Counted from the whole stretch's first letter, positions 40,774 through 51,539 are shown. The stretch is 63,862 nt of DNA, filler included, from Pirum gemmata (GCA_002812295.1; 17 parts of 17 records of this genome joined end to end with filler, not necessarily neighbours in it), one strand, 5' to 3'. Program-made: numbers and translations. The notes: generated by a model from the letters alone, not told the origin.

Positions 40774-42013
40774 GAATATCGTATTTCCGAGTTAAGTTCT
40801 GATGTCTTAAATCACTGGAAGGTGGCAGTAAATACCCTATATGAAGCTGGGAATCCATGCTCGATCGTGTCTCTTCCTAATACGATGCATTCCTTACCAG
40901 CTTATTATGTCATAGCACTAGCAGAAGCATCATCTAACCTAGCCAAGTTTGATGGTCTTGAGTATGGTATATCGTGTTTACATCCAGCTATTTCTTTGTA
41001 TTTTTTTGAAACTTTTGCTTTATATTGTAAAAGCAAAGCGTAGTGTGATGTAAGCCTAGGGGCAGAAGGAATTTGTTTGGATTTAACATATTTCTACATT
41101 TCCCACCCTTCATTTCGTAATTCCATTGGGGTATCAATGTCTCCCATCACATTTTTATCAAAAGCATATACTTTACCAATGTTGCAATTTTTCTCATTAG
41201 TATTATCATTTCTATCATCATTATTAATATCATCACTAGTTTTATATATATTTGTTATGGTTATCTGTTTTGTGTATTTATTTTCTATATATATTTATAT
41301 TGAGCTTGTGTAGAGGTTCTGTTTTTTCTCTTCTGCTGAGAGTATTTGTTATTGGTGTTTATTTGAAATTTATTATTATTATTGAGTTGTTACTGTTGCG
41401 TTTCCATAAAGGGTAAAATTGCTGATTTATCCCAGTTTGACGTGGTTACTATTGAGTTTCCATTTTATTTAGATGTCTTAACAGTTATTTTATTTTGCGT
41501 AAATGTATAGGTCATTCCTCTGACGAAGTTTATCCATTCGATAAAACAAGATTTGAAGGTTTTGGAAATGAAGTTCAGTCTAGAATTTTGGCTGGTACAT
41601 TTTGTCTGACGAAGGAGTGAGTTAATTATGTTGATTGAATCTTATTTTCAGTACTCTCGCCAAACATACCTTCTTCAATGTTGATCATGTTCATTATACT
41701 GCTATCATCATCACAATCCTTTTCACCATTATCATTTTTATTATCATCATGAAAATAACAATAATGAAATCATAGAATTTATATGTTTTCTATATTTTGT
41801 CAAAAAAAAAAAGCTCATTTAAGAATTACTACCTGAAAGCTACTGAAATACGAAAAAGCCTGATTAAAGAATTTGATAACATTTTCAATGACGTTGATAT
41901 TCTGGTTACACCTACTACAATTTCTACTTCTCCGTCCGAAGGTCATTGGAGAAAATCAGAAGAAATAAATCATTTTTCAAATGATGTATTCACAGTTCCA
42001 GCTAGTTTGGCAG
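40774..42013 (+). CDS. QRSL1: Glutamyl-tRNA(Gln) amidotransferase subunit A (mitochondrial GatA), internal/3' exons
   Basis: Phase-compatible exons 40774-40966, 41511-41616 and 41814-42013: [11 protein letters not shown]...[35 protein letters not shown]...[19 protein letters not shown]...[10 protein letters not shown]...[10 protein letters not shown]...[11 protein letters not shown]. Confidence 0.9.
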
Positions 42014-42223
42014 GTTACTTTCATAAGTTATTATTATTATTATTATTANNNNNNNNNNNNNNNNNNNNNNNNNNNNNNNNNNNNNNNNNNNNTTAATTAA
42101 TTAANNNNNNNNNNNNNNNNNNNNNNNNNNNNNNNNNNNNNNNNNNNNATTATTTATTATTATTTATTATTATTTATTAATCATTATTATTAATTATTAT
42201 TATTAATTATTATTATTAAACAG

Positions 42224-45097
42224 ACCACCGGGGCACACTTATTCCTCGCTTCAACGAAAGTACAAAAAGACGCTCAATTAATCATAAATTCACTTCAATC
42301 ATGCAACATCACACATGTACAAGCTACACCAGCTACATTTAAAATGATGATGAATATAGGTTGGTTAGGACAAAAGGATTTAACTATTTTATGCGGTGGA
42401 GAGGCTTTCCCTGCAAATTTGTTAGCTTTAATTCCTAATACCAAAGCAGTTTGGAACGTATATGGTCCTACTGAAGCCACAATCTGGTGTACTATGTTTA
42501 AATTTCCTAAAAGCCACACTGATCCTAAATATATACCTATTGGAAAAGCTGCACCTCATGTTGCATTGTATATATTAGATGAAAATATGAATGAAGTAGT
42601 TGACGGAGAAATAGGACGATTATTCATCGCAGGTGATTGTTTAGCGGTTGGTTATTGGGAGAGGCCAGATTTGACTACAGATAAATTTATTAAAGACATT
42701 TTTAGTGGAAATGAAAACGACCGAATGTATGATGCTGGAGATTTGGTTAGACGTTTGCCATGTGGTAATATTGATTATATATCACGGGCTGATGAACAAA
42801 TTAAGTTACGTGGTTATCGTATTGAAATTGGAGAAGTTTCGGCCACAGTAGAAAGTCATCCTGATATTGAAACTGCTATTGTAATGGTTGTAGAAGATGA
42901 TGATGAATTTGGTGGTGAAGCAGCGTTGGTAGCTTATATACAACTAAAACCTAATGTGGGTCCCAAAGTAGTTACCACTTTACGTAAGTATATGTTAGGA
43001 AAATCACCAAGTTACATGTGCCCTGCTGCTTTTAAAGTAATTGAAAAAATGCCTTTAACACCCAATGGAAAAATTGATAAAAAACAATTAGCCAATCATG
43101 TGGAAAACATTGACTTCGATATGCTCCTGATGAACGAAAGTAATAATACTGTTGGTTACAATAATAACACGAGTAATAATGATTGTCAGGACGAAATTAA
43201 CAAAATTATAAATTTAGTAATGGATATGACTGGGGCAAAAGTAGATGTCCATTCGGATTTATCAATTATTGGTCTTGATTCGTTTGGCTCTATGTTGTTT
43301 CTCAAACGGTTTAACAAATTATTTTCTACTGATTTTAAAATTGAGCAATTAGTCAAACAATCCAGTGTTAAAAGTTTAGCTGAAGCAGTAGTGCAGACAC
43401 AAACAACATTAACATACACACGTGACCAACGGACAAACTACACTTCAACACGAAACAGGAAAAATGACAAAGAACAAATTGTAATGAAAATCAGTAATTT
43501 AGTTGAAGAAATGACCGGTGCTACAGTAAGTTCAGATTCAGATTTATCTATAATTGGTCTTGATTCTTTTGGGGCTATGATGTTTGTTAAAAGATTTAAC
43601 AAACATTTTGCTACCGAATTTAAAATCGAGGAAATTGTTAAGCAACCAACCATTAATGCTCTAGCTAGTTTGATATTGAATCGTTCAACTCAAAGGAACA
43701 TGTTTGAAGCACACCGACATGAAAAAGACGAAATTGAAATCGCAAACCCGATTAGAAATTATGATTTATTGAATGGTTTACGTTTTTTCTTGATAGTTTT
43801 AGTTATTTTTGATCTATTTACAGAAGAAAAGTTTTTACATATAAAACGGTTTAGTGGTAGATGGAATACGGAGGGATTCCTTATTCTAACTGCCATGACT
43901 ACCATGTTGTCATTGGATAGTCAAAGGGAAAGTTTGAAAACTGCTGCCACGTTTAGACAAAAAGTTAAATTGCATCTTCAATTTATCATTTCAAAATTGT
44001 GTGGCATCTACCCAGTGTATTTGTTATCTGTTATCTTTTCTCTGCCACTTTATTTTCATCGATTTCATAATTATACCGATGGGAGTGCTGGTACTTTTCT
44101 GTACACTTTTGTTTTATATATATTAGGTGTACCCAATCTGAATCATACTACTGAATCCATGTTACCTTGGTTGTGGTATTGTGGTGTGTTAATTCAAATG
44201 ACGTTTTTAACTCCCGTTTTTTATGAAATAATGAATGCTCTCGCTGGAGCTTACAAAAAAAGGGCCAGGTTCAAATTCGTTTTCCTAATTACAACTTGGT
44301 TTGCTTTATCTGTTTTAAATTTTGCTTTTTCTCATTACTTGAAACTAACCCATGTCTTTCATTATATTCAAGGTTTTTGGTTAGGCTACTGTATGTCAAT
44401 AGCCGAAAAGTACTTTTTACAAAACGAATATACCTATATTTTAAAACAAAGTTATAAAAGTACAGTAGTGGTTTTAGTATGTGTTGCCTTGTTTGCTTTG
44501 AGTACGAGTATCCCTTTACTTATGAACTTATCCGGTGAAATTGAAAATGTCGAAAATAATAAGCATCCTTTTATAGAAGTGGTACTATTTTACTTTGTCA
44601 ACCCATTTCTTTTTAGCGTTATTGTGGTTTCGCTTTTTTGTACGTCTAGTAGTAAAATAATTAGAATACTATTCAAAAACCAAGTTGCCAATACTATTGG
44701 TGGGTTTTCTTACGAAGTTTATGTCTTCAGTACTGTTACTATTTGGTATTGCTCCCCTACTCTATATCAATCACCGTCTTATGCCAATCACCCGACTGAA
44801 GCTGCTCCTATCTTCTTTGTTCAATTATCTTTGCTTTGTACTGTATTTTGTGTGGCTTGGTTGGTAAATAATTACTTCACAAACGGGTTAATGCTATTAA
44901 TTATTCCAGAATTTAAAATCAGAATTTTCAAATTATTGACTAAAATGTTTACTATAGAAACAGAAAAAGGCGAGTACGCGTTAATTGAAAAACAGCTTGA
45001 TATTAGCGATTATTCTGATGATTGTTTTTCCGATTTTGATGATGAAACTTTATTATTTTCAACAAAATCTAAAAGAAACTCAAAATATATAGACTAG
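42224..45097 (+). CDS. NRPS-like protein: adenylation domain - two tandem carrier (T) domains - membrane acyltransferase_3-like domain; terminal exon, 5'-partial
   Basis: Acceptor aaacAG at 42223 is in frame with the 917-aa ORF. A-domain motifs QATP, CGGE, NVYGPTE, GRLFIAGDCLAVGY, YDAGDL, RADEQIKLRGYRIEIGEV, NGKID. Two IGLDSFG motifs (Ser codons at 43280 and 43565). Polytopic C-terminus with LLNGLRFF, GFLILT, GIYPVYLL, WLWY and IGGFSYEVYVF. Confidence 0.9.
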   Translation, partial: TTGAHLFLASTKVQKDAQLIINSLQSCNITHVQATPATFKMMMNIGWLGQKDLTILCGGEAFPANLLALIPNTKAVWNVYGPTEATIWCTMFKFPKSHTDPKYIPIGKAAPHVALYILDENMNEVVDGEIGRLFIAGDCLAVGYWERPDLTTDKFIKDIFSGNENDRMYDAGDLVRRLPCGNIDYISRADEQIKLRGYRIEIGEVSATVESHPDIETAIVMVVEDDDEFGGEAALVAYIQLKPNVGPKVVTTLRKYMLGKSPSYMCPAAFKVIEKMPLTPNGKIDKKQLANHVENIDFDMLLMNESNNTVGYNNNTSNNDCQDEINKIINLVMDMTGAKVDVHSDLSIIGLDSFGSMLFLKRFNKLFSTDFKIEQLVKQSSVKSLAEAVVQTQTTLTYTRDQRTNYTSTRNRKNDKEQIVMKISNLVEEMTGATVSSDSDLSIIGLDSFGAMMFVKRFNKHFATEFKIEEIVKQPTINALASLILNRSTQRNMFEAHRHEKDEIEIANPIRNYDLLNGLRFFLIVLVIFDLFTEEKFLHIKRFSGRWNTEGFLILTAMTTMLSLDSQRESLKTAATFRQKVKLHLQFIISKLCGIYPVYLLSVIFSLPLYFHRFHNYTDGSAGTFLYTFVLYILGVPNLNHTTESMLPWLWYCGVLIQMTFLTPVFYEIMNALAGAYKKRARFKFVFLITTWFALSVLNFAFSHYLKLTHVFHYIQGFWLGYCMSIAEKYFLQNEYTYILKQSYKSTVVVLVCVALFALSTSIPLLMNLSGEIENVENNKHPFIEVVLFYFVNPFLFSVIVVSLFCTSSSKIIRILFKNQVANTIGGFSYEVYVFSTVTIWYCSPTLYQSPSYANHPTEAAPIFFVQLSLLCTVFCVAWLVNNYFTNGLMLLIIPEFKIRIFKLLTKMFTIETEKGEYALIEKQLDISDYSDDCFSDFDDETLLFSTKSKRNSKYID

Positions 45098-45149
45098 TTT
45101 AGAAAAAATTAAACAAAATTAATAAATAATACATGCATCCATATTCGAC

Positions 45150-45290
45150 GTATTATTGCATTGTTGTATTGTTGCATTGTTGTATTATTGCATTGTTGTA
45201 TTGTTGTATTGTTGTATTGTTGTATTGTTGTATTGTTGTATTGTTGTATTGTTGTATTGTTGTATTGTTGTATTGTTGTATTGTTGTTTT
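45150..45290. repeat. 8-bp tandem repeat (ttgtattg)n downstream of the NRPS-like gene
   Basis: Direct inspection. Confidence 0.9.
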
Positions 45291-45635
45291 TGTTTTTGTT
45301 GTTTCTGGTTTTGTTTTTGTTTTTGTTTTTGTTTTTTTTTTCGTTTTCAAAATTTTAACAATTATATTTATACATTTTTTATCAATTATTGAAATCAATA
45401 TCATTATAATAAAAAATGAAATTATAAAACAACTTAATTATACAAACAATAATTAGTAACCATCTTAATTATTATTAATTAATAACATATATCATAAAAA
45501 TCTTCCAATAATCTATTGACACCANNNNNNNNNNNNNNNNNNNNNNNNNNNNNNNNNNNNNNNNNNNNTTAATTAATTAANNNNNNNNNNNNNNNNNNNN
45601 NNNNNNNNNNNNNNNNNNNNNNNNATGATAATGGT

Positions 45636-45677
<42 letters not shown>

Positions 45678-47006
45678 TACCCCATAGCTAACCCTAGCCC
45701 TAACCCTAACCCTAACCCTAATAGTAACAGTAACAGTATTGGTATAGTAACAGTCCTAACCCTAACCCTAGCCCTGGCCCTAACCCTAGCCCCTAACCCT
45801 AACCCTCAGTAATCATATCAGTATCAGCATATATCAGCATTCCAAATTCTGCATTCCACCTATCTCTAACTTTATATATAATTATTATAATATATCTTTT
45901 TATTATAATATTATGTAATAGGATAATATATATTATATTGACCCTAACTATAACGTTAAAACCCTAACCCTAATAACCCTAACCCTATAACCTTAATAAT
46001 TATAATCTAATTATAACCCTAACTCTATAACCTTAATAAGTATAATCCCATCCCTACGGACCCTACCCCTACCCCTACCCCTCACCACCTACTAGCATTA
46101 TCAGTGACAGACTATCAAGTGGTAGAGACTATCAGTGTCTGTCACAGACTCTCAACAAGCAAAACAAACAGTTAGACTTCTTTTAATTAAAAACTTTTAA
46201 TGCTAACTAGCCAAATTATTATTACAATCTTGCTATTGGTTCATAATAGAGTTTTCTTAGTTAAACAATTCCTTTTTTAAAAAAAACATTTGATAGTACT
46301 TTTATAACTACTTTTATTAAAAAATTGGGTCATTTTGAGATTTTTTGGATTTAGAGCTCATATGGATGTCGCCATTTTTATCCGGCTTGGTAATTTAGAC
46401 TAGTTAATTAAAAAAAAATATATATGTATTTGCCAACACTTTGGTAGATTATAACCTTTTAATTGACATTTTTTAAATGAATAAATAGCTAATAAAATAT
46501 ACCAAATTAAATAAAATTGATTTAGATTACTTTTTATTGTACAATGTTATGATGCCAAAACAACTGAAAAGCGCTAGCTAGCTAGCTAGCTAGTAGATTG
46601 TAGTAACCCAACTAACACTGTCTCCTAAGTCCTAACATTAGTCCAATCCGTCAAATTCTTTCGCCCGAGCCCACCCGGACATGGCACTTTCCCGCCCACG
46701 CCCGCCTGCCCATATTTTTTTTAGGCCCATGGCCGCCTGCCCATTTATATGTAAAACTCAGACCCACCATAAACAAGTTGTATATTATGTTGTATAATAC
46801 AACATCATCCAAAATTTTTTATTTATTTATTTAGACACTATGCACAAAAGTGCCAGTTTTCGCACAATTTTACGTTTATTGCGCATAAAGTGTCTATAAA
46901 CACATAGTCCCGAGGGGTCCACTTTATATACACTTGAATATCAATAAATTCATGTTGCCATCGGCTGGTTGCTATCATACTATTAATATTATAAGTCCTG
47001 TTTCTA

Positions 47007-47713
47007 GCCCTTACCATTGTTCATCCAAATTTCTTTGAAATTGTTTTCTTTGCAATATTTATTTAAATCATCAATCTTTTTTTAAACAAAGACATTGCTG
47101 ATCAGCGACTTTGTTAGCACTAAGACCTAGATGCTTATTTAAATTATTAGTTCCAGAATCTCTATAAACTTTTAAACATTTTGCACAACAAACAAGCCCC
47201 ATTATTTTTTTTGCTTTCCTCTCTTTTTGTTTATCATCCTCGTTGTCACCGGGGTTGTCACTGTTCCTGTCATTATCATTATTGTTTTCATTTTTACCAT
47301 CATTAATATTATTATTATTTTCATTATGATTATCGTTCTTGTTTTCATTCTTATCATCATTACTATTTTCATTATTATTTTCGGTGTTTTCCTTACTCTG
47401 GTTAATGATGTCATTAATATTATTATTTTCGATGTTTTCATCACTCTTTTGTCATTATTACTTTTGATGTCTTCGTATATATGTATATATCACAAAATGT
47501 CTTCCAGCATTCAGCTTGATATGCTTTTTTTTGCCAAGGTTTCGGGGGGGCATTTTGTTGTTTTAATTGCCTTTTTAATTTTTCAGTGTTCCATTCATAC
47601 CCAAGTGCTACCACAGAAGAATTCAGTTTTTTATCATTATTCTTATTCTTTGTCCTAGGTTTCAGAACAGCAGAAGTAGCAGCACCAAAGAAACTACTCG
47701 TTTTTTTCCCCAT
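47007..47713 (-). pseudogene. Frameshifted BED zinc-finger fragment (hAT-transposase-like)
   Basis: AECWKTF in one frame, then after a frameshift an Asn/Asp-rich spacer and GLVCCAKCLKVYRDSGTNNLNKHLG, i.e. the WxxF...CxxC...GTxNLxxH pattern. Another frameshift follows in an A-run near 47080. No DDE domain visible. Confidence 0.6.
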
Positions 47714-47825
47714 TATGTACACACAACAATAATAATACTAATAGTATTAATAATCATAATCATATAATCATAATCATAATAAAAAATAATATCAATAGTA
47801 ACAATACTATAATAATAATAATAAT

Positions 47826-47882
<57 letters not shown>

Positions 47883-48265
47883 CCATAATCGCGCTACTAT
47901 TGGTTCCATATCTTCGGATACTTTATGCTCAATAAATTCCTCAAAAAACTCGAAAATCACAGATAAAACAACCAGCTATTGTATTTATACATAGTAAATA
48001 AAATTACAAATTAAAAACTAACCCGTGGTAACAAAACGTTAATACAATCAAGCAACTTAAAATAATAGTAAATCAAATTTAAAATAAAAGGTACCCCACA
48101 ACACAACCACAACCACTAGTACCACCAGCACCACCAGTATTAGCACCAGTACCACCAGCATCACTTCTATTGATAATAGTGATTGTATTAGAGGTGGGTG
48201 GTAGGGATAGTTTGAGTTGTATTAGTAGTAATAGTAGTAGCAGTAGTAATAGTAGTAGTAGCAGC

Positions 48266-48312
<47 letters not shown>

Positions 48313-48971
48313 TGGTAAGAGAGGTAGAAGAGGTAGTGGTAGGTAGTGGTAGTAGTGGTAATCGTAGTAGTTGTGGGCGTAGCAGTTAGAGAAGTAAGTG
48401 GTGGTAGTAGTGGTAGTAACAGCCGCAGTGGTGGTGGTGGTGGTGATGGTGGTGGTGGTGGTGGTGGTAGTAGTAGTAATAATAGTAGTGGTGGTGGTAG
48501 TAATAAGCGTAGTAGTAGTAGTAATGGTGGTGGTAGTGGTAGTGGTAGTAGCAGTAGTAGCGGCAGTTGTGGAAGTGGTGGTGGTGGTAGTGGTACTTGT
48601 TGTTTTTATTGTTGTTGTAATAGTAGTACTAATGTTAGTACTAGTACTAGTAATAGTAGAGCTAATAGTAGCTTGTTGTTGCTGCCATTATTGTTGCTAC
48701 TATTATTGCTGCTGATGCTTTAGTTGCTGATGCTTTAGTTGCTACTGGTGCCGTTAGTATTATTATTATTAGCAACCATAGCAATATCATTATTATGGTA
48801 TGTAAATTCACGTACCACGGTCAAAATAACAAGAATGCAAGATCTCTCAGTTAAGCCTTTTGGGTCAACAGGTTCTTCTTCATCAACAGAAACAGAACTC
48901 ATATTCGAGAACTCAGCCCAAACATTTAGTGCAGCAATCAAAGCTGCAAAAACAGCAGTTTTAATTCTCAT
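47883..48971 (-). CDS. MLO-like membrane protein, first two exons, 3'-partial
   Basis: Exon 48971-48816 (donor GTACGT) plus exon 47975-47883 (acceptor caatAG, donor GTATTA) give MRIKTAVFAALIAALNVWA-EFSN...RSCILVILTVLVVLSVIFEFFEEFIEHKVSEDMEPIVARLW: a signal peptide, TM1 ending in a Glu, and a loop resembling protist MLO proteins just before the ELxxLGF motif. Confidence 0.6.
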
Positions 48972-50744
48972 GTTTTAAATAAGTTGTAATAATAATAATA
49001 ATAANNNNNNNNNNNNNNNNNNNNNNNNNNNNNNNNNNNNNNNNNNNNTTAATTAATTAANNNNNNNNNNNNNNNNNNNNNNNNNNNNNNNNNNNNNNNN
49101 NNNNATAAATATATAATAAATTATACCAAATTAAACGAAATGGATTTATATTGTATTAATTTGGTACTATTTATTGTATATTTTATGACGACAAAGATCC
49201 AACTGATTTTAAAAAAAATAGGTCTAGTCTAATCAGCTGGGCAATGGCCGCGGTGGGCATTACTATTTTTTAAAAAAAAATGTTAATATTATTAATTTAA
49301 TTGGTATCTACTATAATTAAATTTACTATTTTAAGCTATTTAACTGCTATTATTAGTAAGAAACACGGAACTAAGGTTGGCTTGATAAGCATCTGTTCGA
49401 AAAAGTTCCAGTAGATATCTACTGAGGCCCAGCGGCTCAGCCAAACCACAAAAATCTTTCCTGAAATTTACAGGTTGTAATTGGTAGGTTATTTTTAGAT
49501 TTTATAAATAATGGAAATAAAGGAATATTATTGGATAAAATTTAATACTGTATTATATTGACCAATAGTATTGCTACAATTAGTTTATAAACTTTATTTA
49601 TATTTGATCTTTATATTTCAAGATTACTTTTTTTTTTTTTTTTTAACAGCTAAGCCGGATAAAATAGTGATAAAACTGTACAAATCTTTTTTTTTTTAGA
49701 CTTCTTTTCTAAAACCTATAATGATAACTAGCCAAATTATTTTAAAAAACCAGTCATTGGTTCATTATAGAGTTTTTTTAGTCAAACTATTTCTCAAAAT
49801 TTGGTAGTACTTTCATTAAAATTAGACCATTTTGAGATTTTTTGGATTTTTGAGCTCATATGACGGATGTCGCCATTTTTATCCGGCTTGTTAGTTAAAA
49901 TATATATATATATTTTTATCTTTTTTTTTTTTTTTTTTTTTTTTATCATATCATATTAGCAGCCAAGCTGGGTAAAAATTGCGACATCGCCATTATGATT
50001 ATCAGATTATGCACAAAAATCCAAAAAATTTCAAAACACTCCAATTTTTTTTTAAAAAAGAAAGTACTACCCAATTATTAGAAATTATCTAACTAAGAAA
50101 ACTCTATTATTATCCAATGGCCAGTTTTTAATAATAATTTGGCTAGTTAGCATTAAATATTAATAAATCATATCCACAGCTTTTTATATATCCTGCTTCA
50201 GTATCCTGCTTTATCCCTTTTAGAGTCTAGCTAGTCTCTCTAGAGTCTAGTCTACTATCCAGCAGCAAAAAAAAAAAGAAGAGGAATAATGTTGATCAAC
50301 AGATCAACAACAACTTTTTTTTTAAAAAAATTAAAAACTATATATAGTCTATATATAGTGTGTTACATGGGTAGTCAGTGCTAGTCATATAGCTAGAGTC
50401 TGCCTAGCTAGCTAGAGTCATGGCCATGGGTGCTACTAGTGTGCTACTACGGAATGTTGTAGATTTGCACAACTATTGCACAATTTTCTGCACAAAGAGT
50501 GCACAAAGCCAAGTTTGTTTTTTAAATTATGAAATATCATCTGTATTAGTAACATAGGATAGTTATAGGATTGTACTAATATCAATATCAATATCAATTA
50601 ATATCAATATCAATATCAATATCAATATCAATTAATATCAATATCAATATCAATATCAATACCGATACCAATATCAATACCATAACAGTATCAAAATCAA
50701 TATCAATAACAATATTGATATTGATATTGATATTGCGTATTTCC

Positions 50745-51194
50745 CTGGTTGTAAAGTAACAACAGGAAATTCAGCACGTTGATCTGCAACCCAAGTTTCG
50801 TTATTAGCAAAAAATATTTTAAACCAAACTATTGATATGATAAATATGATAAGAATGATAAATATATCAATAATTATCAATATCAATATCAATATCAATA
50901 TCAACATCAATATCAATACCAATATCTATACCAATATCAATATCAATATCAATATCAATATCAATATCAATATCAATATCAATATCAATAATTATCAATG
51001 TCAATTTCAATATCAATATCAATATCAATATTTTCAATATCAATATCAATATCATTATCTATAATGTTATCTATACCAATACCAAGTCAAATGATGACAC
51101 AATTATACAATAGTAGTACAACAGTCTTCAGAATGAATTGCAAAGGAGAGCAGTATAAGGAGCCCTACTAGGTACAGAGCCAACAATAATTTTC
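50745..51194 (-). CDS. Possible two internal exons of a membrane-anchored protein
   Basis: 51194-51120 (KLLLALYLVGLLILLSFAIHSEDC) joins in phase to 50828 onward (FWFKIFFANNETWVADQRAEFPVVTLQP). Both are complex-sequence islands among (ATATCA)n. No clear canonical donor for the second exon. Confidence 0.35.
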
Positions 51195-51391
51195 CTGTGG
51201 TATCATAATATTATACAATATTATTCTATTATTCTATAGTCTAATACTAGTCTAATAATAAATAGTGGTGCAATTAGATCGAATTTCCCAACTCGAATTC
51301 GGCATTCTTCGAACCTTTGAACGAATGGGAATTTGGGGTTCAAGAAAATACCAAAAAAGTAAAAAAAAATTAGAAGAGTATTTAGTCAAAG

Positions 51392-51539
51392 AGTAGGGGT
51401 GAGATATCTACTGGAACTTTTTTCGAACAGATGCTTATCGAGCCAACCTTAGTTTCGTGTTCATTAATAATAACCATAAAATCGGAAAAGTTCCGTCAGC
51501 TGCTCGGTAATAATAAAATGACGTCATCTCACCCCTACT
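51392..51539. mobile_element. MITE family C, internally deleted copy
   Basis: Same TIRs as 22913-23239; TSD agtcaaag at 51384-51391 and 51540-51547. Confidence 0.85.

Noticed and set aside
42224..45097. NRPS-like contig as bacterial contamination
   Set aside because: It begins at a splice acceptor after an (ATT)n intronic tract, has an Asn-rich linker and AT-rich codon usage like the neighbouring host genes, and is flanked by host-type microsatellites.
38694..45524. Apparent biosynthetic gene cluster of GMC oxidoreductase, amidotransferase and NRPS-like gene
   Set aside because: The NRPS-like gene is separated from the others by an artificial linker (42049-42148), and the amidotransferase is the housekeeping GatA. 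There is no evidence of physical linkage.
48346..48978. Plus-strand Gly/Ser-rich and Val-rich ORFs
   Set aside because: (GTA/GGT)n microsatellite in the intron, and the antisense shadow of exon 1, of the minus-strand MLO-like gene.
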